Assembly (NCBI GenBank): GCA_052279835.1
Contig: CP181291.1
Location: 2,400,001 to 2,464,000, forward strand
Length of the DNA: 64,000 nt
Direction: 5' to 3'
DNA from: Microcoleus sp.
GTDB taxonomy: Bacteria; Cyanobacteriota; Cyanobacteriia; Cyanobacteriales; Microcoleaceae
Below the pieces are notes generated by a model. It was given only the letters and a program-made list of their open reading frames with translations, did no database searches and was not told the DNA's origin. The translations under genes were made by a program, and so were the position numbers. This document shows, in pieces, positions 51,801 through 62,324 of the stretch (its first letter is position 1; each line of letters starts with the position of its first letter).

Positions 51801-54266
51801 ATGTTTGAACGCTTTACAGAACAAGCCATTAAAGCAATAATGCTAGCCCAAGAGGAAGCGCGCCGCCTGGGTCACAATTTTGTGGGTACTGAGCAAATCC
51901 TCCTGGGACTCGTGGGCGAAGGCACTGGCATCGCTGCAAAAGTATTACTAGACATGGGCCTCAACTTGAAAGAGGCGCGCAATGAAATCGAAAATATCAT
52001 CGGCAGAGGTTCCGGCTTCCTACCGCCAGAAATTCCGTTTACGCCTCGCGTGAAGCGGATTTTTGAGACAGCGCTGAATGAAGCGCGGCAGCTAGGACAC
52101 AATTACATCGGCACCGAACATATTTTACTGGGACTGATCCAAGACGATGAAGGTGTCGCTGCCAAAGTGCTGCAAAACTTGGGGATCGATCGCGCCAGAG
52201 TCCGCACCCAGGTAATTCGTGCCGTAGGAGAAGTGGCTGCGGTATCGGGAGGCCGTCAAAATACCGATCGTAAAATCCCGACTCTAGAAGAATTCGGCAC
52301 AAACCTCACCAAGTTAGCAGCCGAAGGTAAACTAGATCCTGTCGTGGGTCGCGAAAACGAAATCGAGCGCGTCATTCAAGTGCTAGGCCGCCGCACGAAG
52401 AATAACCCCGTGCTAGTCGGCGAACCGGGAGTAGGCAAAACAGCCCTCGCCGAAGGACTGGCCCAGCGGATTGTTAACAGAAATGTGCCGGAAATTTTGG
52501 AAGACAAACAAGTAATCAGCCTCGATATGGGTTCGCTGATTGCAGGGACAAAATTCCGTGGCGAATTTGAAGAACGCCTGACCAAAATCATGGCGGAAAT
52601 TCGCGCAGCAGGCAACATCATTTTGGTAATAGATGAAATTCATACCTTAGTGGGTGCAGGGGCAATTCAAGGCAGTATGGATGCCTCCAATATGCTCAAA
52701 CCAGCCCTAGCCAGAGGCGAATTGCAGTGTGTCGGTGCTACTACCCTAGACGAATATCGCAAATACATTGAGCGCGATGCAGCCTTAGAACGGCGGTTCC
52801 AACCGATTAAAGTTGGCGAACCGAGTGTGGCGGAAACGATCCAAATATTGTATGGTTTGCGATCGGCTTACGAACAGCATCACAAACTGACAATTTCTGA
52901 TGCAGCTTTAGAAGCAGCAGCTACATTGTCAGACAGGTACATTAACGATCGATTTTTGCCCGACAAGGCGATCGACTTAATTGACGAAGCAGGTTCCCGC
53001 GTCCATGTGCTTAATTCCCAAACTCCGCCAGAAGTCAAAGAACTCAAAAAGCAACTGCCGGCTGTCAGCAAAGAGAAGGATATCGCTGTTCGGGAACAAG
53101 ACTTCGAGAAAGCCAGCAAATTGCGCGATCGTGAATTAGAAATTGAAGCCGAAATCGCCGAAGCCACGATCAACAAAAGCCAGGTGAGAATTTCTCCCGT
53201 CGTTACCGAAGAAGACATCGCCCACATCGTCGCCAATTGGACAGGAGTACCAGTCAGCAAACTGACAGAATCGGAATCAGAATTGCTGCTGCACATGGAA
53301 GACACTTTGCACCAGCGTTTAATCGGTCAAGAAGAAGCTGTAACCGCAGTTTCTAAGGCAATCCGTCGCGCACGGGTAGGGTTGAAAAATCCCAATCGCC
53401 CGATCGCCAGTTTCATCTTTTCCGGCCCCACAGGCGTCGGCAAAACCGAACTGACAAAAGCTTTAGCAGCTTATTTCTTCGGTTCCGAAGAAGCCATGAT
53501 TCGGTTAGATATGTCCGAGTATATGGAACGCCACACGGTTTCCAAACTTATCGGTTCGCCTCCGGGTTATGTCGGCTACGATGAAGGCGGCCAACTCACA
53601 GAAGCAGTCCGTCGCCGTCCTTACACGGTAGTCTTGTTCGATGAAATCGAAAAAGCCCACCCCGATGTCTTCAACATGATGCTGCAAATCTTAGAAGACG
53701 GCCGCCTGACTGATGCCAAAGGTCGGACAGTAGACTTCAAGAATACCCTGCTGATTATGACCTCAAACATCGGTTCTAAAGTGATTGAAAAAGGTGGCGG
53801 TGGCCTCGGTTTTGACTTTGCTGAAGATGCAGCCGATGGTCAATATAACCGAGTTCGGAATTTGGTAAATGAGGAACTCAAACAGTTTTTCCGTCCAGAA
53901 TTTCTCAACCGCTTGGATGAAATTATCGTCTTCCGCCAGTTGAACACACAAGAAATTAAGCAGATTGCTGACATCATGTTGCAGCAACTTTTCAGCCGCT
54001 TAACAGAACAGGAAATTACTTTGTCTGTAACAGAAGCGTTCAAGGAAGTGTTAGTTAAAGAAGGCTACAATCCCAGTTACGGTGCCCGGCCCTTACGGCG
54101 CGCAATTATGCGATTGCTGGAAGATGTACTGGCTGAGGAAATGTTGTCTGGTAGGCTAAAAGAAGGCCAAAGTGCGATCGTCGATGTCGATGAAAACGGT
54201 GTAGTGAAGGTGTTACCCGGTGACTCATCCGAACCGAAATTACCTGAACTCGCTTTCAGCGTTTAA
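51801..54266 (+). CDS. clpC: ATP-dependent Clp protease ATP-binding subunit
   Basis: MFERFTE, two AAA+ modules ([16 protein letters not shown]), GLGF ClpP-binding loop. Confidence 0.93.
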   Translation: MFERFTEQAIKAIMLAQEEARRLGHNFVGTEQILLGLVGEGTGIAAKVLLDMGLNLKEARNEIENIIGRGSGFLPPEIPFTPRVKRIFETALNEARQLGHNYIGTEHILLGLIQDDEGVAAKVLQNLGIDRARVRTQVIRAVGEVAAVSGGRQNTDRKIPTLEEFGTNLTKLAAEGKLDPVVGRENEIERVIQVLGRRTKNNPVLVGEPGVGKTALAEGLAQRIVNRNVPEILEDKQVISLDMGSLIAGTKFRGEFEERLTKIMAEIRAAGNIILVIDEIHTLVGAGAIQGSMDASNMLKPALARGELQCVGATTLDEYRKYIERDAALERRFQPIKVGEPSVAETIQILYGLRSAYEQHHKLTISDAALEAAATLSDRYINDRFLPDKAIDLIDEAGSRVHVLNSQTPPEVKELKKQLPAVSKEKDIAVREQDFEKASKLRDRELEIEAEIAEATINKSQVRISPVVTEEDIAHIVANWTGVPVSKLTESESELLLHMEDTLHQRLIGQEEAVTAVSKAIRRARVGLKNPNRPIASFIFSGPTGVGKTELTKALAAYFFGSEEAMIRLDMSEYMERHTVSKLIGSPPGYVGYDEGGQLTEAVRRRPYTVVLFDEIEKAHPDVFNMMLQILEDGRLTDAKGRTVDFKNTLLIMTSNIGSKVIEKGGGGLGFDFAEDAADGQYNRVRNLVNEELKQFFRPEFLNRLDEIIVFRQLNTQEIKQIADIMLQQLFSRLTEQEITLSVTEAFKEVLVKEGYNPSYGARPLRRAIMRLLEDVLAEEMLSGRLKEGQSAIVDVDENGVVKVLPGDSSEPKLPELAFSV

Positions 54267-54349
54267 TCGACATTCCTGTCATATAGGACACAGCACTGCT
54301 GTGTCCCTACCCAATATCTCTATTGGGTAGGGACACATCATTATTTTTG

Positions 54350-54450
54350 ATAATTCATCTCAATTTCGGTTGCATCGGAATTATTAATTTCTCTCTGTGT
54401 TCTCTGTGTTCTCTGTGGTTAAATCATTCCGATACAACCGCAATTTATAT
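54350..54450. repeat. Dispersed intergenic repeat (second copy ~62150-62255)
   Basis: Shared CATCGGAATTATT...CTCTGTGTTCTCTGTG..CTCTGTGGTT.AATCATTCCGATACAAC. Confidence 0.7.
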
Positions 54451-54527
54451 GATTTAACCGCAGAGTACGCAGAGGAAGCAGAGTAGGGGGAGAGATTTGA
54501 TTCCGATGCAAACGGATTGGATTTGAC

Positions 54528-55694
54528 TTAATATTGAGGCACTGAGGGGTCTACTTCTTGACTCCAAGCCGTAATTCCGCCCTTAACATTAATCCCCTCA
54601 ATACCAGCTTCCTTCAAAATACCCAAAGCCTTCGCAGAACGCCCGCCCATTTTGCAATGTGCAATCAATCGGTGGCCATTCAACAATTCCTTGACTTTCT
54701 CAACACCATTGCCGTTTTCAATATCCGGTAAAGGTACTAATACTGACCCAGGAATTTGAGCAATTTGATACTCGTTAGGATTCCGAACATCTAGCAGGAG
54801 AAAATCCTTCGCACCGCTATCGATTAACTGCTTAAGTTCCGTGACAGTCATTTCAGCAACTTGTATTTTTGCTTCGTCTGCTTTGGCTTGAGGAATCCCG
54901 CAGAATTGTTCGTAATCGATTAATTTTTCAATTACTGGGCGCACTGGATTTGGTCGCAGTTTTAACTGCCGGAATGTCATGTCTAAGGCATTGTACAGCA
55001 ACAGTCTGCCGCTCAAAGTAGTGCCTTGACCCAAGATAATTTTGATTGCTTCAGTGGCTTGAATGCAGCCAATAACTCCTGGTAATACGCCTAAAACGCC
55101 ACCTTCAGCACAGGAAGGTACCATCCCTGGCGGTGGGGGTTCTGGGTACAAATCTCGGTAATTGGGGCCACCTTCGTAGTTGAAAACTGTTGCTTGGCCT
55201 TCAAATCGGAAGATGGAACCGTAGACGTTGGGCTTATTTAATAGCACCGAAACGTCGTTCATCAAGTAGCGAGTTTGGAAGTTGTCTGTGCCATCGATAA
55301 TGATGTCATAGGGTGTCGCAATGGCGATCGCATTTTCGGAACTAACGCGAGTTTCGTACAAATCAACTTGACACAAAGGATTGATTTCTAAAATCCGATT
55401 TTTAGCCGATTCAATCTTGGGTTTTCCTATCCAAGATGTGCCGTGAATTACCTGCCGCTGCAAGTTGGAAGTGTCAACAATATCAAAGTCTACAATACCA
55501 ATGCGGCCAATCCCTGCCGCTGCTAAATACAGCAGCAGTGGGGAACCGAGTCCTCCTGTGCCGATACAGAGTACGCTGGCAGCTTTGAGACGCTTCTGCC
55601 CATCCAATCCAACTTCTGGCAGGATTAGGTGGCGAGAGTAGCGTTCGTATTCTTCTTTGTTGAGCTGGATCTCGTCCAGATTAGGATTTAGCAT
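54528..55694 (-). CDS. moeB: MoeB/MoeZ E1-like adenylyltransferase with rhodanese domain
   Basis: RYSRHLIL, GTGGLG, SNLQRQ, CAEGGVLG, HCKMGGRS. Confidence 0.93.
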   Translation of the reverse strand: MLNPNLDEIQLNKEEYERYSRHLILPEVGLDGQKRLKAASVLCIGTGGLGSPLLLYLAAAGIGRIGIVDFDIVDTSNLQRQVIHGTSWIGKPKIESAKNRILEINPLCQVDLYETRVSSENAIAIATPYDIIIDGTDNFQTRYLMNDVSVLLNKPNVYGSIFRFEGQATVFNYEGGPNYRDLYPEPPPPGMVPSCAEGGVLGVLPGVIGCIQATEAIKIILGQGTTLSGRLLLYNALDMTFRQLKLRPNPVRPVIEKLIDYEQFCGIPQAKADEAKIQVAEMTVTELKQLIDSGAKDFLLLDVRNPNEYQIAQIPGSVLVPLPDIENGNGVEKVKELLNGHRLIAHCKMGGRSAKALGILKEAGIEGINVKGGITAWSQEVDPSVPQY

Positions 55695-55780
55695 GATATT
55701 CTGTGTAGCGCCGATTTTGAATTATATCCTATCTAAATCTTTCGCAGTTTGGCGTCTTTGTGATTTTTAGTAATTATTTC

Positions 55781-56242
55781 TTAATCTAGTGTGAGGATTT
55801 CCTCGGCTTGGAATTTGTTTTCTGTGTCTAGAGTCCAACTGCGGACGTCTTCACAACGACCTTGTGAAACGGACACAATGATGTAGGAGTATTGCGGCCA
55901 GGCGAGGGTGCGATCGCACTCTGAGGGTACTGCCTGACCATCTGGGTGAGAATGGTAGATGCCGATAATGTCTAAATTGCGATCGCGCCCCTCTTTCATT
56001 CCCTCCAGCATATCTTGTGGTGATATAGCATATCTGCGGTTTTTTGTCAATAATTTTGAATCTGAGCAATTATCTTCAGTTTCCGCACTCCAGGCATTTT
56101 TGGTTGGCCAAACTGCTACTAAGGTTTTAACATTGTCCGCGATCGTACCTAACAACAAACCGCAGCACTCTTCAGGGTAGGTGTTTTCGGCGTGGCTGCG
56201 GACAGATAATAGGTGAGTCTGGGAAAGTGCGATCGATTGCAT
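55781..56242 (-). CDS. JAB/MPN (Mov34) metalloprotease
   Basis: YPEECCG, YHSHP, PSECD. Confidence 0.9.
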   Translation of the reverse strand: MQSIALSQTHLLSVRSHAENTYPEECCGLLLGTIADNVKTLVAVWPTKNAWSAETEDNCSDSKLLTKNRRYAISPQDMLEGMKEGRDRNLDIIGIYHSHPDGQAVPSECDRTLAWPQYSYIIVSVSQGRCEDVRSWTLDTENKFQAEEILTLD

Positions 56243-56273
56243 TGGTGATTAGTTATTGCTTAAATAAGTTTAG

Positions 56274-56870
56274 CTACTTAGCTGTTTGCAAAAAAGTTCT
56301 ATAAGCAATGATAGCTTCAGTCTGATTTACAGAACCAACATATTGACCCAATACAGATAAGTCCAACTCTGGCAAAAATTCACTCCTTGAAATTAACTCA
56401 TAACCTTCTTCTCGCAAGTGGTAAACAGAAAACTGATTGTTCACCCAAAACCAGACTTCAGGAATCTGCAAACCGCGATACACTTCCAGCTTGTCAATAC
56501 CACCGCTAGTCAGAGCAATTTCGAGCGCAATATCCGGGATTTCTGCCAATGTACCCAAGCAGTAACACTCATCTGGTTCCGCGCCCCGTCTCACAGCTTC
56601 ACGGCGAAATGTAGCATTTCCGTAACCGTTGAGATTAATTAACCTTTCAACCGCATAGGTTTCGATCAACCGGGCAATAATTTTTTTCAGTCTTTCATGT
56701 TCCGGCCAAGTCGTCATAATAATTTCTAACGTTCCTTCCAAATACGTCATTCTGGGAAAATCATCAACAAACATATCAGAAAGTTGCTTATATTGTTCCC
56801 AAGTCACCTCATATAAAATGACGCGCTGTTCCGCGGCAGGAACCAGAGTTTCTGGATCTAAAAGTAGCAT
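56274..56870 (-). CDS. Uma2 family endonuclease
   Basis: EPDECY, PDIALEI, IPEVWFW. Confidence 0.88.
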   Translation of the reverse strand: MLLLDPETLVPAAEQRVILYEVTWEQYKQLSDMFVDDFPRMTYLEGTLEIIMTTWPEHERLKKIIARLIETYAVERLINLNGYGNATFRREAVRRGAEPDECYCLGTLAEIPDIALEIALTSGGIDKLEVYRGLQIPEVWFWVNNQFSVYHLREEGYELISRSEFLPELDLSVLGQYVGSVNQTEAIIAYRTFLQTAK

Positions 56871-57037
56871 AATTAATTACCTGCACTTAAGATATATAAA
56901 CTTGAGATTTTTCGATCTTTCTCACCTTCCTCTCTGTGTCCTCTGCGCCCTCTGCGGTTAATAAAAAAAATTCCCTATAGAACTTTAACGAACCGCGAAG
57001 ACGCGAAGGACACAAAGGAAGAAAAGAGTCAATTCAA

Positions 57038-57265
57038 TCAAGTGGGAGTTTGCTGTAACTCTGGCCGCTCATCGGCGACTATCGCACCTTCAACAGGACA
57101 CACCTGCAAACAAATGCCGCAGTCAATGCAGGTATCAAAATCAATCCAAAACCAATCTGTACCCTTGACATTTTTGCCATCGCCAGGTTGGATGCAAGCA
57201 ACCGGACAAGCGCCGACGCAATCAGCAACCCCTTCGCAAATATTCGTAACGATAGTATGTGACAC
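57038..57265 (-). CDS. 4Fe-4S dicluster ferredoxin
   Basis: CEGVADCVGACP and CIDCGICLQVCP. Confidence 0.92.
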   Translation of the reverse strand: MSHTIVTNICEGVADCVGACPVACIQPGDGKNVKGTDWFWIDFDTCIDCGICLQVCPVEGAIVADERPELQQTPT

Positions 57266-57324
57266 AGTGTTCTCCGCGATCGTACCGGGTTTTTTAGGTT
57301 GATAGTCCGTCCAGGACTGAGCTA

Positions 57325-58560
57325 TTAATTTACCATTTCAATTGTCGGGAATCCTTCGGCATTCACCCAGGCAATTTGAGCAATGCGTCGATCGCGCGCA
57401 TATTCCCGCACCCCATCCACAGTCTCCCGACTCTCCAAATCGATTTCTACCCGAACTACATCGCTAGACTCTCGGAGTTTTCGAGCATAAACAAAAGCCG
57501 CAGCCGCAGCATCAGAGGTTTGAGGCACAACCAAAAAGTCGCTGGCTGGGGTCTCTTTTGCCAATTGACCCTCAGTTAACAAAATTTGGTGCAAATCTTC
57601 AATATTCAAACAAAACCCAATTCCTGCGTGATTTTGCCCTTGGGGATCGAACAATCCCAATAGGCGATCGTACCGTCCCCCTTGTCCCAACACTCGCTGT
57701 CCCGTCTTGGGACTGCTGACAACTTCAAACACAATTCCCGTGTAGTAGTCAAAGGTTTGAATCAAACTCAAGTCCAGGTGGATATGCGATTTCAGATTCG
57801 GGATTTTAGATTGACATTGGTATAGCAATTCGATCGCCGATTTCAGATTATTTAAGGCTGCTTGTTGTGGCTCATCTAAATCGAGCTTTGCCACCACAGG
57901 AAACACATCTTCTGGGCGGCCCCGCAAGTCAAATAATAGTAGAGCTCTTTCTCGCAATTCCGTAGACAGCGGTAAATTTTCCAAGCCTACTCGATCGAGA
58001 TTGGCGATCGCCCCCCGAACTTGGGAGCGCACATTTGGCGGAAACGGTTCCAGCAAAGTAGCAGTTAAACCCGCTTCTCCCAGCACCAAATGCCAGTCAT
58101 CAATTTCTAAACCCTGCAAGCACTCAGACAGCAGTAGTAGCACTTCCGCATCAGCCATCGTCCCCCCGGAGCCTAGCAACTCTACCCCTGCTTGATAGAA
58201 CTCCTGCTGCCCCCCAGAGCCTGTATCGGGGCCTTTGCGGAACACATTAGCGTTGTAATATAGACGCTGAGGCTGCCAGGGAGTCCCGGCCATCCGCATC
58301 ACAGCAGCGCGGGCGATGGAAGCAGTCAATTCTGGACGCAAGCCTAGTTCTCCATCGACGGCATCTTGCAATTGAATCAAGGTCGATCGGTCGATCGCCC
58401 CTCCAGCCATCAATGTCTCCAGCCTTTCTAGAGTCGAAGTAATAATCCGGTGATAGCCCCAGCGATGAAAAACTTGCTGCAAACGGCGTTCGATCGAAAT
58501 TTTTTGAGCTACGTCAAGGGGCAATAAATCTCTTGCACCCGATGGGGGTTGGTGAACCAT
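57325..58560 (-). CDS. hisZ: ATP phosphoribosyltransferase regulatory subunit
   Basis: PSGARDLLP, LRPELTASIAR, EFYQAGVEL, DYYTG, GGRYD. Confidence 0.92.
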   Translation of the reverse strand: MVHQPPSGARDLLPLDVAQKISIERRLQQVFHRWGYHRIITSTLERLETLMAGGAIDRSTLIQLQDAVDGELGLRPELTASIARAAVMRMAGTPWQPQRLYYNANVFRKGPDTGSGGQQEFYQAGVELLGSGGTMADAEVLLLLSECLQGLEIDDWHLVLGEAGLTATLLEPFPPNVRSQVRGAIANLDRVGLENLPLSTELRERALLLFDLRGRPEDVFPVVAKLDLDEPQQAALNNLKSAIELLYQCQSKIPNLKSHIHLDLSLIQTFDYYTGIVFEVVSSPKTGQRVLGQGGRYDRLLGLFDPQGQNHAGIGFCLNIEDLHQILLTEGQLAKETPASDFLVVPQTSDAAAAAFVYARKLRESSDVVRVEIDLESRETVDGVREYARDRRIAQIAWVNAEGFPTIEMVN

Positions 58561-58707
58561 ATCAATTTTGGATTTTAGATTGGGGATTTTCGATGCAGCT
58601 ACAAACTTAGCTTGAGGGGACGATGTTAAAGTCGAACCTGACCAGTTTAGCATTCGACTTTAACCAATTCAACTATCACCAAGTCTAATTTTTTTGCCTC
58701 CGTCTCA

Positions 58708-59643
58708 TCATTTCTTCTTCCCCCCACCAAACAGATTGGAAAAACTAGCAAAAAAGCCACCTTGCTTATCATCACCCTTTTTAGCTTTCGTCCCGGAAGC
58801 TGGCTGTTCAAGCTTTTTCTTCACTTCCAAAGCCATCGGTTCTTCTGGATTAGATACCAAAGCTTTTTGCACCTCCAGCTTAGCCATTGTTCCTTGACCT
58901 TGCATCAAATAACACATTGCCAACATAGCGTGACACTTGCTATTTTTCGGTTCGCGCTTTTGAGCTTCCCTCAACTCCAAAATTGCTTTGGCGTAATTTT
59001 TGCTATCCATAAATCCCTGAGCACGGCGGCAATGTTGTTCCACCAAGGAATCTTTTTTGGGCGTGGGTGGCTGTGGAGGAACAACCGGAGTCGGAGGTAC
59101 TACTTTTAATTCTTTTTTCTTTTGCTCGTCCGGTTTCGGAGTTACCACCCCGGTTGGAATCATGACGTTTTCTTTTCGCAGCAGGTAAACCAGATTGAGT
59201 TCGCTCATTTGATTGATGACCTCTAGGGCTTGCTCAACGGATTCGTATTGGTTGTCCGCCAGTTTGCTCATTGCTGTTTTGTAAGTTTCTTCCCAATTTC
59301 CTGCCCTGGCTAACTGTTTGGCTTCTGCGCTTTCGATTTGCTGTTTCTCTTTTTCTTTCGTGGCCCGCTTGCTGATAGCCGTTAGTAGCAAATTATATTC
59401 TTTGCGATCGCTTTCCTTGGAGAATTTGTTGTAAGCGGGATTGACCACTTTTGACAAAAACTGATTAGCCCAATCTTTATCAGCTTGACTTTCAAAAGGG
59501 CAAGTATCCGAGTGCAAGCGGCGGACTATTTTCATGTAGCGCTTGCGGATGTCGTTAAACTCAGCATCTAAGGGAACTCCCAAAATTGCGTGCTGATCTG
59601 TAAAGTCAAACTTAAACAGCCCTTTTGTCATTTCAAAAGACAT
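58708..59643 (-). CDS. J-domain + TPR protein
   Basis: N-terminal J-like domain (HSD in place of HPD), C-terminal TPR. Confidence 0.8.
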   Translation of the reverse strand: MSFEMTKGLFKFDFTDQHAILGVPLDAEFNDIRKRYMKIVRRLHSDTCPFESQADKDWANQFLSKVVNPAYNKFSKESDRKEYNLLLTAISKRATKEKEKQQIESAEAKQLARAGNWEETYKTAMSKLADNQYESVEQALEVINQMSELNLVYLLRKENVMIPTGVVTPKPDEQKKKELKVVPPTPVVPPQPPTPKKDSLVEQHCRRAQGFMDSKNYAKAILELREAQKREPKNSKCHAMLAMCYLMQGQGTMAKLEVQKALVSNPEEPMALEVKKKLEQPASGTKAKKGDDKQGGFFASFSNLFGGGKKK

Positions 59644-59752
59644 AAATGTTACTCTCCTTTTCCAGGCTTGTGACGATGCTTTATTCTTTAATGTAGCTTC
59701 TGTTAAGGGGTTATGACCCCCGTACTAATGCTTAGCCCTGGACTCCGGGCTG

Positions 59753-60565
59753 CTACCCCCAAGACGATAAAGGGGGTGTTTTGAGCAATGCGTCGCTAAG
59801 TTCAGCGTGAATCTTGCCATTTGTCGCCAAAACTCGACCAGAGTTAATCTCAAAGGGACTCTCGTCATAGGCTGTAACTTTACCTCCGGCTTCCGAGACA
59901 ATGACTACGCCGGCGGCTACATCCCAAGGGGACAGTCCCCGTTCCCAGTATCCATCTAAACGGCCGCAGGCGACGTGAGCCAGGTCTAGAGCTGCTGAGC
60001 CACTGCGTCGCACTCCTTGGGTGAGGTGGGTGAGGTGACAGAATTCGGCATAGTTATTATCGGCTGTTTCTCGTCGATCGTAAGCAAAGCCAGTAACTAA
60101 CAAACTTTTGGTCAATATAGAGGTTTGGGAAACTGCGATCGCCCGTCGATTGCGGGTAGCACCCAATCCTTTCGCAGCCCGAAATAATTCGTTATGAAAC
60201 GGATCGAAAATTACGCCAATTTGTGGTAATCCTTCAATTAAAAGTCCGATCGACACCGCGGCAAATGGATATTGGTGGGCATAATTAGTTGTACCGTCCA
60301 AAGGGTCGATCGCCCACAGGTATTTGCTACTGGCGTTCCCTAATTTACCGGATTCTTCAGCAAGTATCCCGTGGTCGGGTACATGACGACCCAGAATTTC
60401 TAAAATCACGGCTTCGGAGGCTTTGTCGGCTTCTGTGACTAAATCTCCCGATCGACCTTTTTCTTGAATTTCTTCTAATTTTCCGCAGAAAGATTGCAGA
60501 ACGGAACCAGCAGCGAGGGCCGCTTCGGTGGCTATTTCTAATAAGTCTTGAATTTTGTTAGTCAT
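59753..60565 (-). CDS. suhB: Inositol monophosphatase family protein
   Basis: DLVTEAD, WAIDPLDGTTNY, WDVAAG. Confidence 0.9.
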   Translation of the reverse strand: MTNKIQDLLEIATEAALAAGSVLQSFCGKLEEIQEKGRSGDLVTEADKASEAVILEILGRHVPDHGILAEESGKLGNASSKYLWAIDPLDGTTNYAHQYPFAAVSIGLLIEGLPQIGVIFDPFHNELFRAAKGLGATRNRRAIAVSQTSILTKSLLVTGFAYDRRETADNNYAEFCHLTHLTQGVRRSGSAALDLAHVACGRLDGYWERGLSPWDVAAGVVIVSEAGGKVTAYDESPFEINSGRVLATNGKIHAELSDALLKTPPLSSWG

Positions 60566-60596
60566 TTGTTATTTGTTATTTGTTATTGATTATTTG

Positions 60597-61247
60597 TTAT
60601 TTGTTATTTTGCTGGCGAAATTCTCCTGGAGTTTGACGCAGTGGCTGTTTAGGATTCCAAATCCCTTTACCCATTAGTCTCGCCCATTCTTGAGCATTGA
60701 CAAGTCGCTGCTGGTATTTCTTGTTAGGCGATCGCACTGTTGCCAAAGCATAACCTTCTTTAACTAGCCGTTCATTGACCAACACTCCATCTTCCCACAA
60801 ATAGGCTAAGAAGCGATCGAACCTATCTTTCTCCTCAACATCTAATTCTAACAACACCTGTTTCCCACCAATAAGCTTTTCCAGTTGGTTTTTGGCTGCT
60901 TCTCCCCAAGGCTGTTGCTTTAAATCCGGTGCCTCAATCCCAATCAGCCTAACTTGTTCTAACAGCGCAATTTTGTCTGCTGTACGGACAATTTCGATAG
61001 TTTGTCCGCTGACAGTCCGTTGTACTTTCACGAAAGTTCCTGTGGGAATTTCCGGTTTTTGGCAGCTAACTAACAACCAACAAAGGGCGATCGATAATAG
61101 TCGATGTAGAAACTTTCGGCATGGGCCACCTGTACCCAGCCTAGCCAAAGCATTAGTCCTTGGGTACTTATGCCCAGCGTAGCCGAAACAGAGAGCATGG
61201 AGAATGAAACTTCGCATTTTGCATTTTCCAGTCGCCATTGCGCTCAC
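60597..61247 (-). CDS. Thermonuclease (SNase) family protein; start uncertain
   Basis: VRLIGIEAP, DRFDRFLAY, NERLVKEGYA, KGIW. Confidence 0.85.
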   Translation of the reverse strand: MSAMATGKCKMRSFILHALCFGYAGHKYPRTNALARLGTGGPCRKFLHRLLSIALCWLLVSCQKPEIPTGTFVKVQRTVSGQTIEIVRTADKIALLEQVRLIGIEAPDLKQQPWGEAAKNQLEKLIGGKQVLLELDVEEKDRFDRFLAYLWEDGVLVNERLVKEGYALATVRSPNKKYQQRLVNAQEWARLMGKGIWNPKQPLRQTPGEFRQQNNK

Positions 61248-61612
61248 TCTTCATCTAATGGCAAAGCCATACGCACTTTACCTTTCCCGAAGTAGCGCCC
61301 AAATTGAAGTTCGTATACTTCATCTTCATCTTGTGTCTCTACTTCCATGTTGGAACGAGGATAACTGACACACAGCAAAGCATAACCCTGTTGTTGCAGT
61401 TCCACCGAAAGTCCCATGGCTTCTGGTTGGTGCAGTTCCCCAGACTTAACGCGGACAGCACAGGCGGTACAGGCACCGTTTCGGCAAGAATATGGTAAGT
61501 CTACTCCTTGGTTTTCCACGTTTTGGAGGATGTAACGGTCTTCGGGTACTTGCACGGTGTGGCACGACCCTGTTTGTCTGTTGTGAATTGTAATTGTGTA
61601 AGAGCGAGTCAT
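61244..61612 (-). CDS. 2Fe-2S ferredoxin (Fed2/FdC2-like C-terminal extension)
   Basis: SCRNGACTAC...LLCV; DEDEVYELQFG tail. Confidence 0.9.
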   Translation of the reverse strand: MTRSYTITIHNRQTGSCHTVQVPEDRYILQNVENQGVDLPYSCRNGACTACAVRVKSGELHQPEAMGLSVELQQQGYALLCVSYPRSNMEVETQDEDEVYELQFGRYFGKGKVRMALPLDEE

Positions 61613-61826
61613 GGAATTTTAGATTTTAGATGTGGGATTTTAGATTTGAGTTTGGAGACCAAATTCTTGATATGAATCGGTTTGCGACATCTGGAAGCAG
61701 AATTTGCCCTACTTGTTTTACGCCCTATCCACATTAAACAATAAATTTATGCCATTAGGCCTTGCCAAATCAGATTTCTTCTGATAAGGTAGTAAAACTG
61801 TGGCTAAAAAAACAAAGTTCAGCTTT

Positions 61827-61913
61827 GGAGAGGTGGCCGAGTGGTTGAAGGCGCAGCACTGGAAATGCTGTTTGGGGGTGACTTCAACGAGGGTTCGAAT
61901 CCCTCCCTCTCCG
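61827..61913 (+). tRNA. tRNA-Ser(GGA)
   Basis: GGAGAGG/CCTCTCC acceptor, CAGCA-CTGGAAA-TGCTG anticodon arm, long variable arm, GGGTTCGAATCCC T-arm. Confidence 0.96.
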
Positions 61914-61942
61914 TTGGATCTTGTCATACAAGCTTTACAGCA

Positions 61943-61976
61943 AAACGGCTTAGTTAGATATCTAACTAAGCCGTTT
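61943..61976 (+). terminator. Hairpin after tRNA-Ser
   Basis: AAACGGCTTAGTTAGA-TA-TCTAACTAAGCCGTTT followed by a T-rich tract. Confidence 0.7.
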
Positions 61977-62324
61977 GTTTTTGGCATGGAGGATGCTAGC
62001 GTTCGATCTCAATGGGAGCATCCTATTTTTGCAAATATATCCTCCAACATTGGGATGCACCCATCTCAATCCTTATTCCCCTGAAAAATACCGAAATTAG
62101 TACGGGAAGGGGGGTAGGCAATGCCGCACTACCCCTACAAAACGATGATTTATATCCAATCCGTTGACATCGGAATTATTATTTATCTCATCTCTTTCTC
62201 TGTGTTCTCTGTGTCCTCTGTGGTTTAATCATTCCGATACAACGGGAATTGATATTACCTGAGAATGACACCCGCACGCCCTAGCCCCTAAAAAAAGAGA
62301 AGATAGAAGAAATCAAATATTGCC

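Noticed and set aside
54528..56242. E1 + JAB pair as a CBASS/Bil-type ubiquitin-like defence system
   Set aside because: The E1 is a canonical MoeB-rhodanese; no E2, cyclase or Ubl nearby; ordinary sulfur-carrier metabolism
56274..56870. Uma2 nuclease as a sign of a defence island
   Set aside because: Uma2 genes are highly expanded and scattered in cyanobacteria; the neighbours are housekeeping genes
61718..62084. ORFs 61718-61987 and 61800-62084
   Set aside because: They overlap tRNA-Ser and are spurious translations
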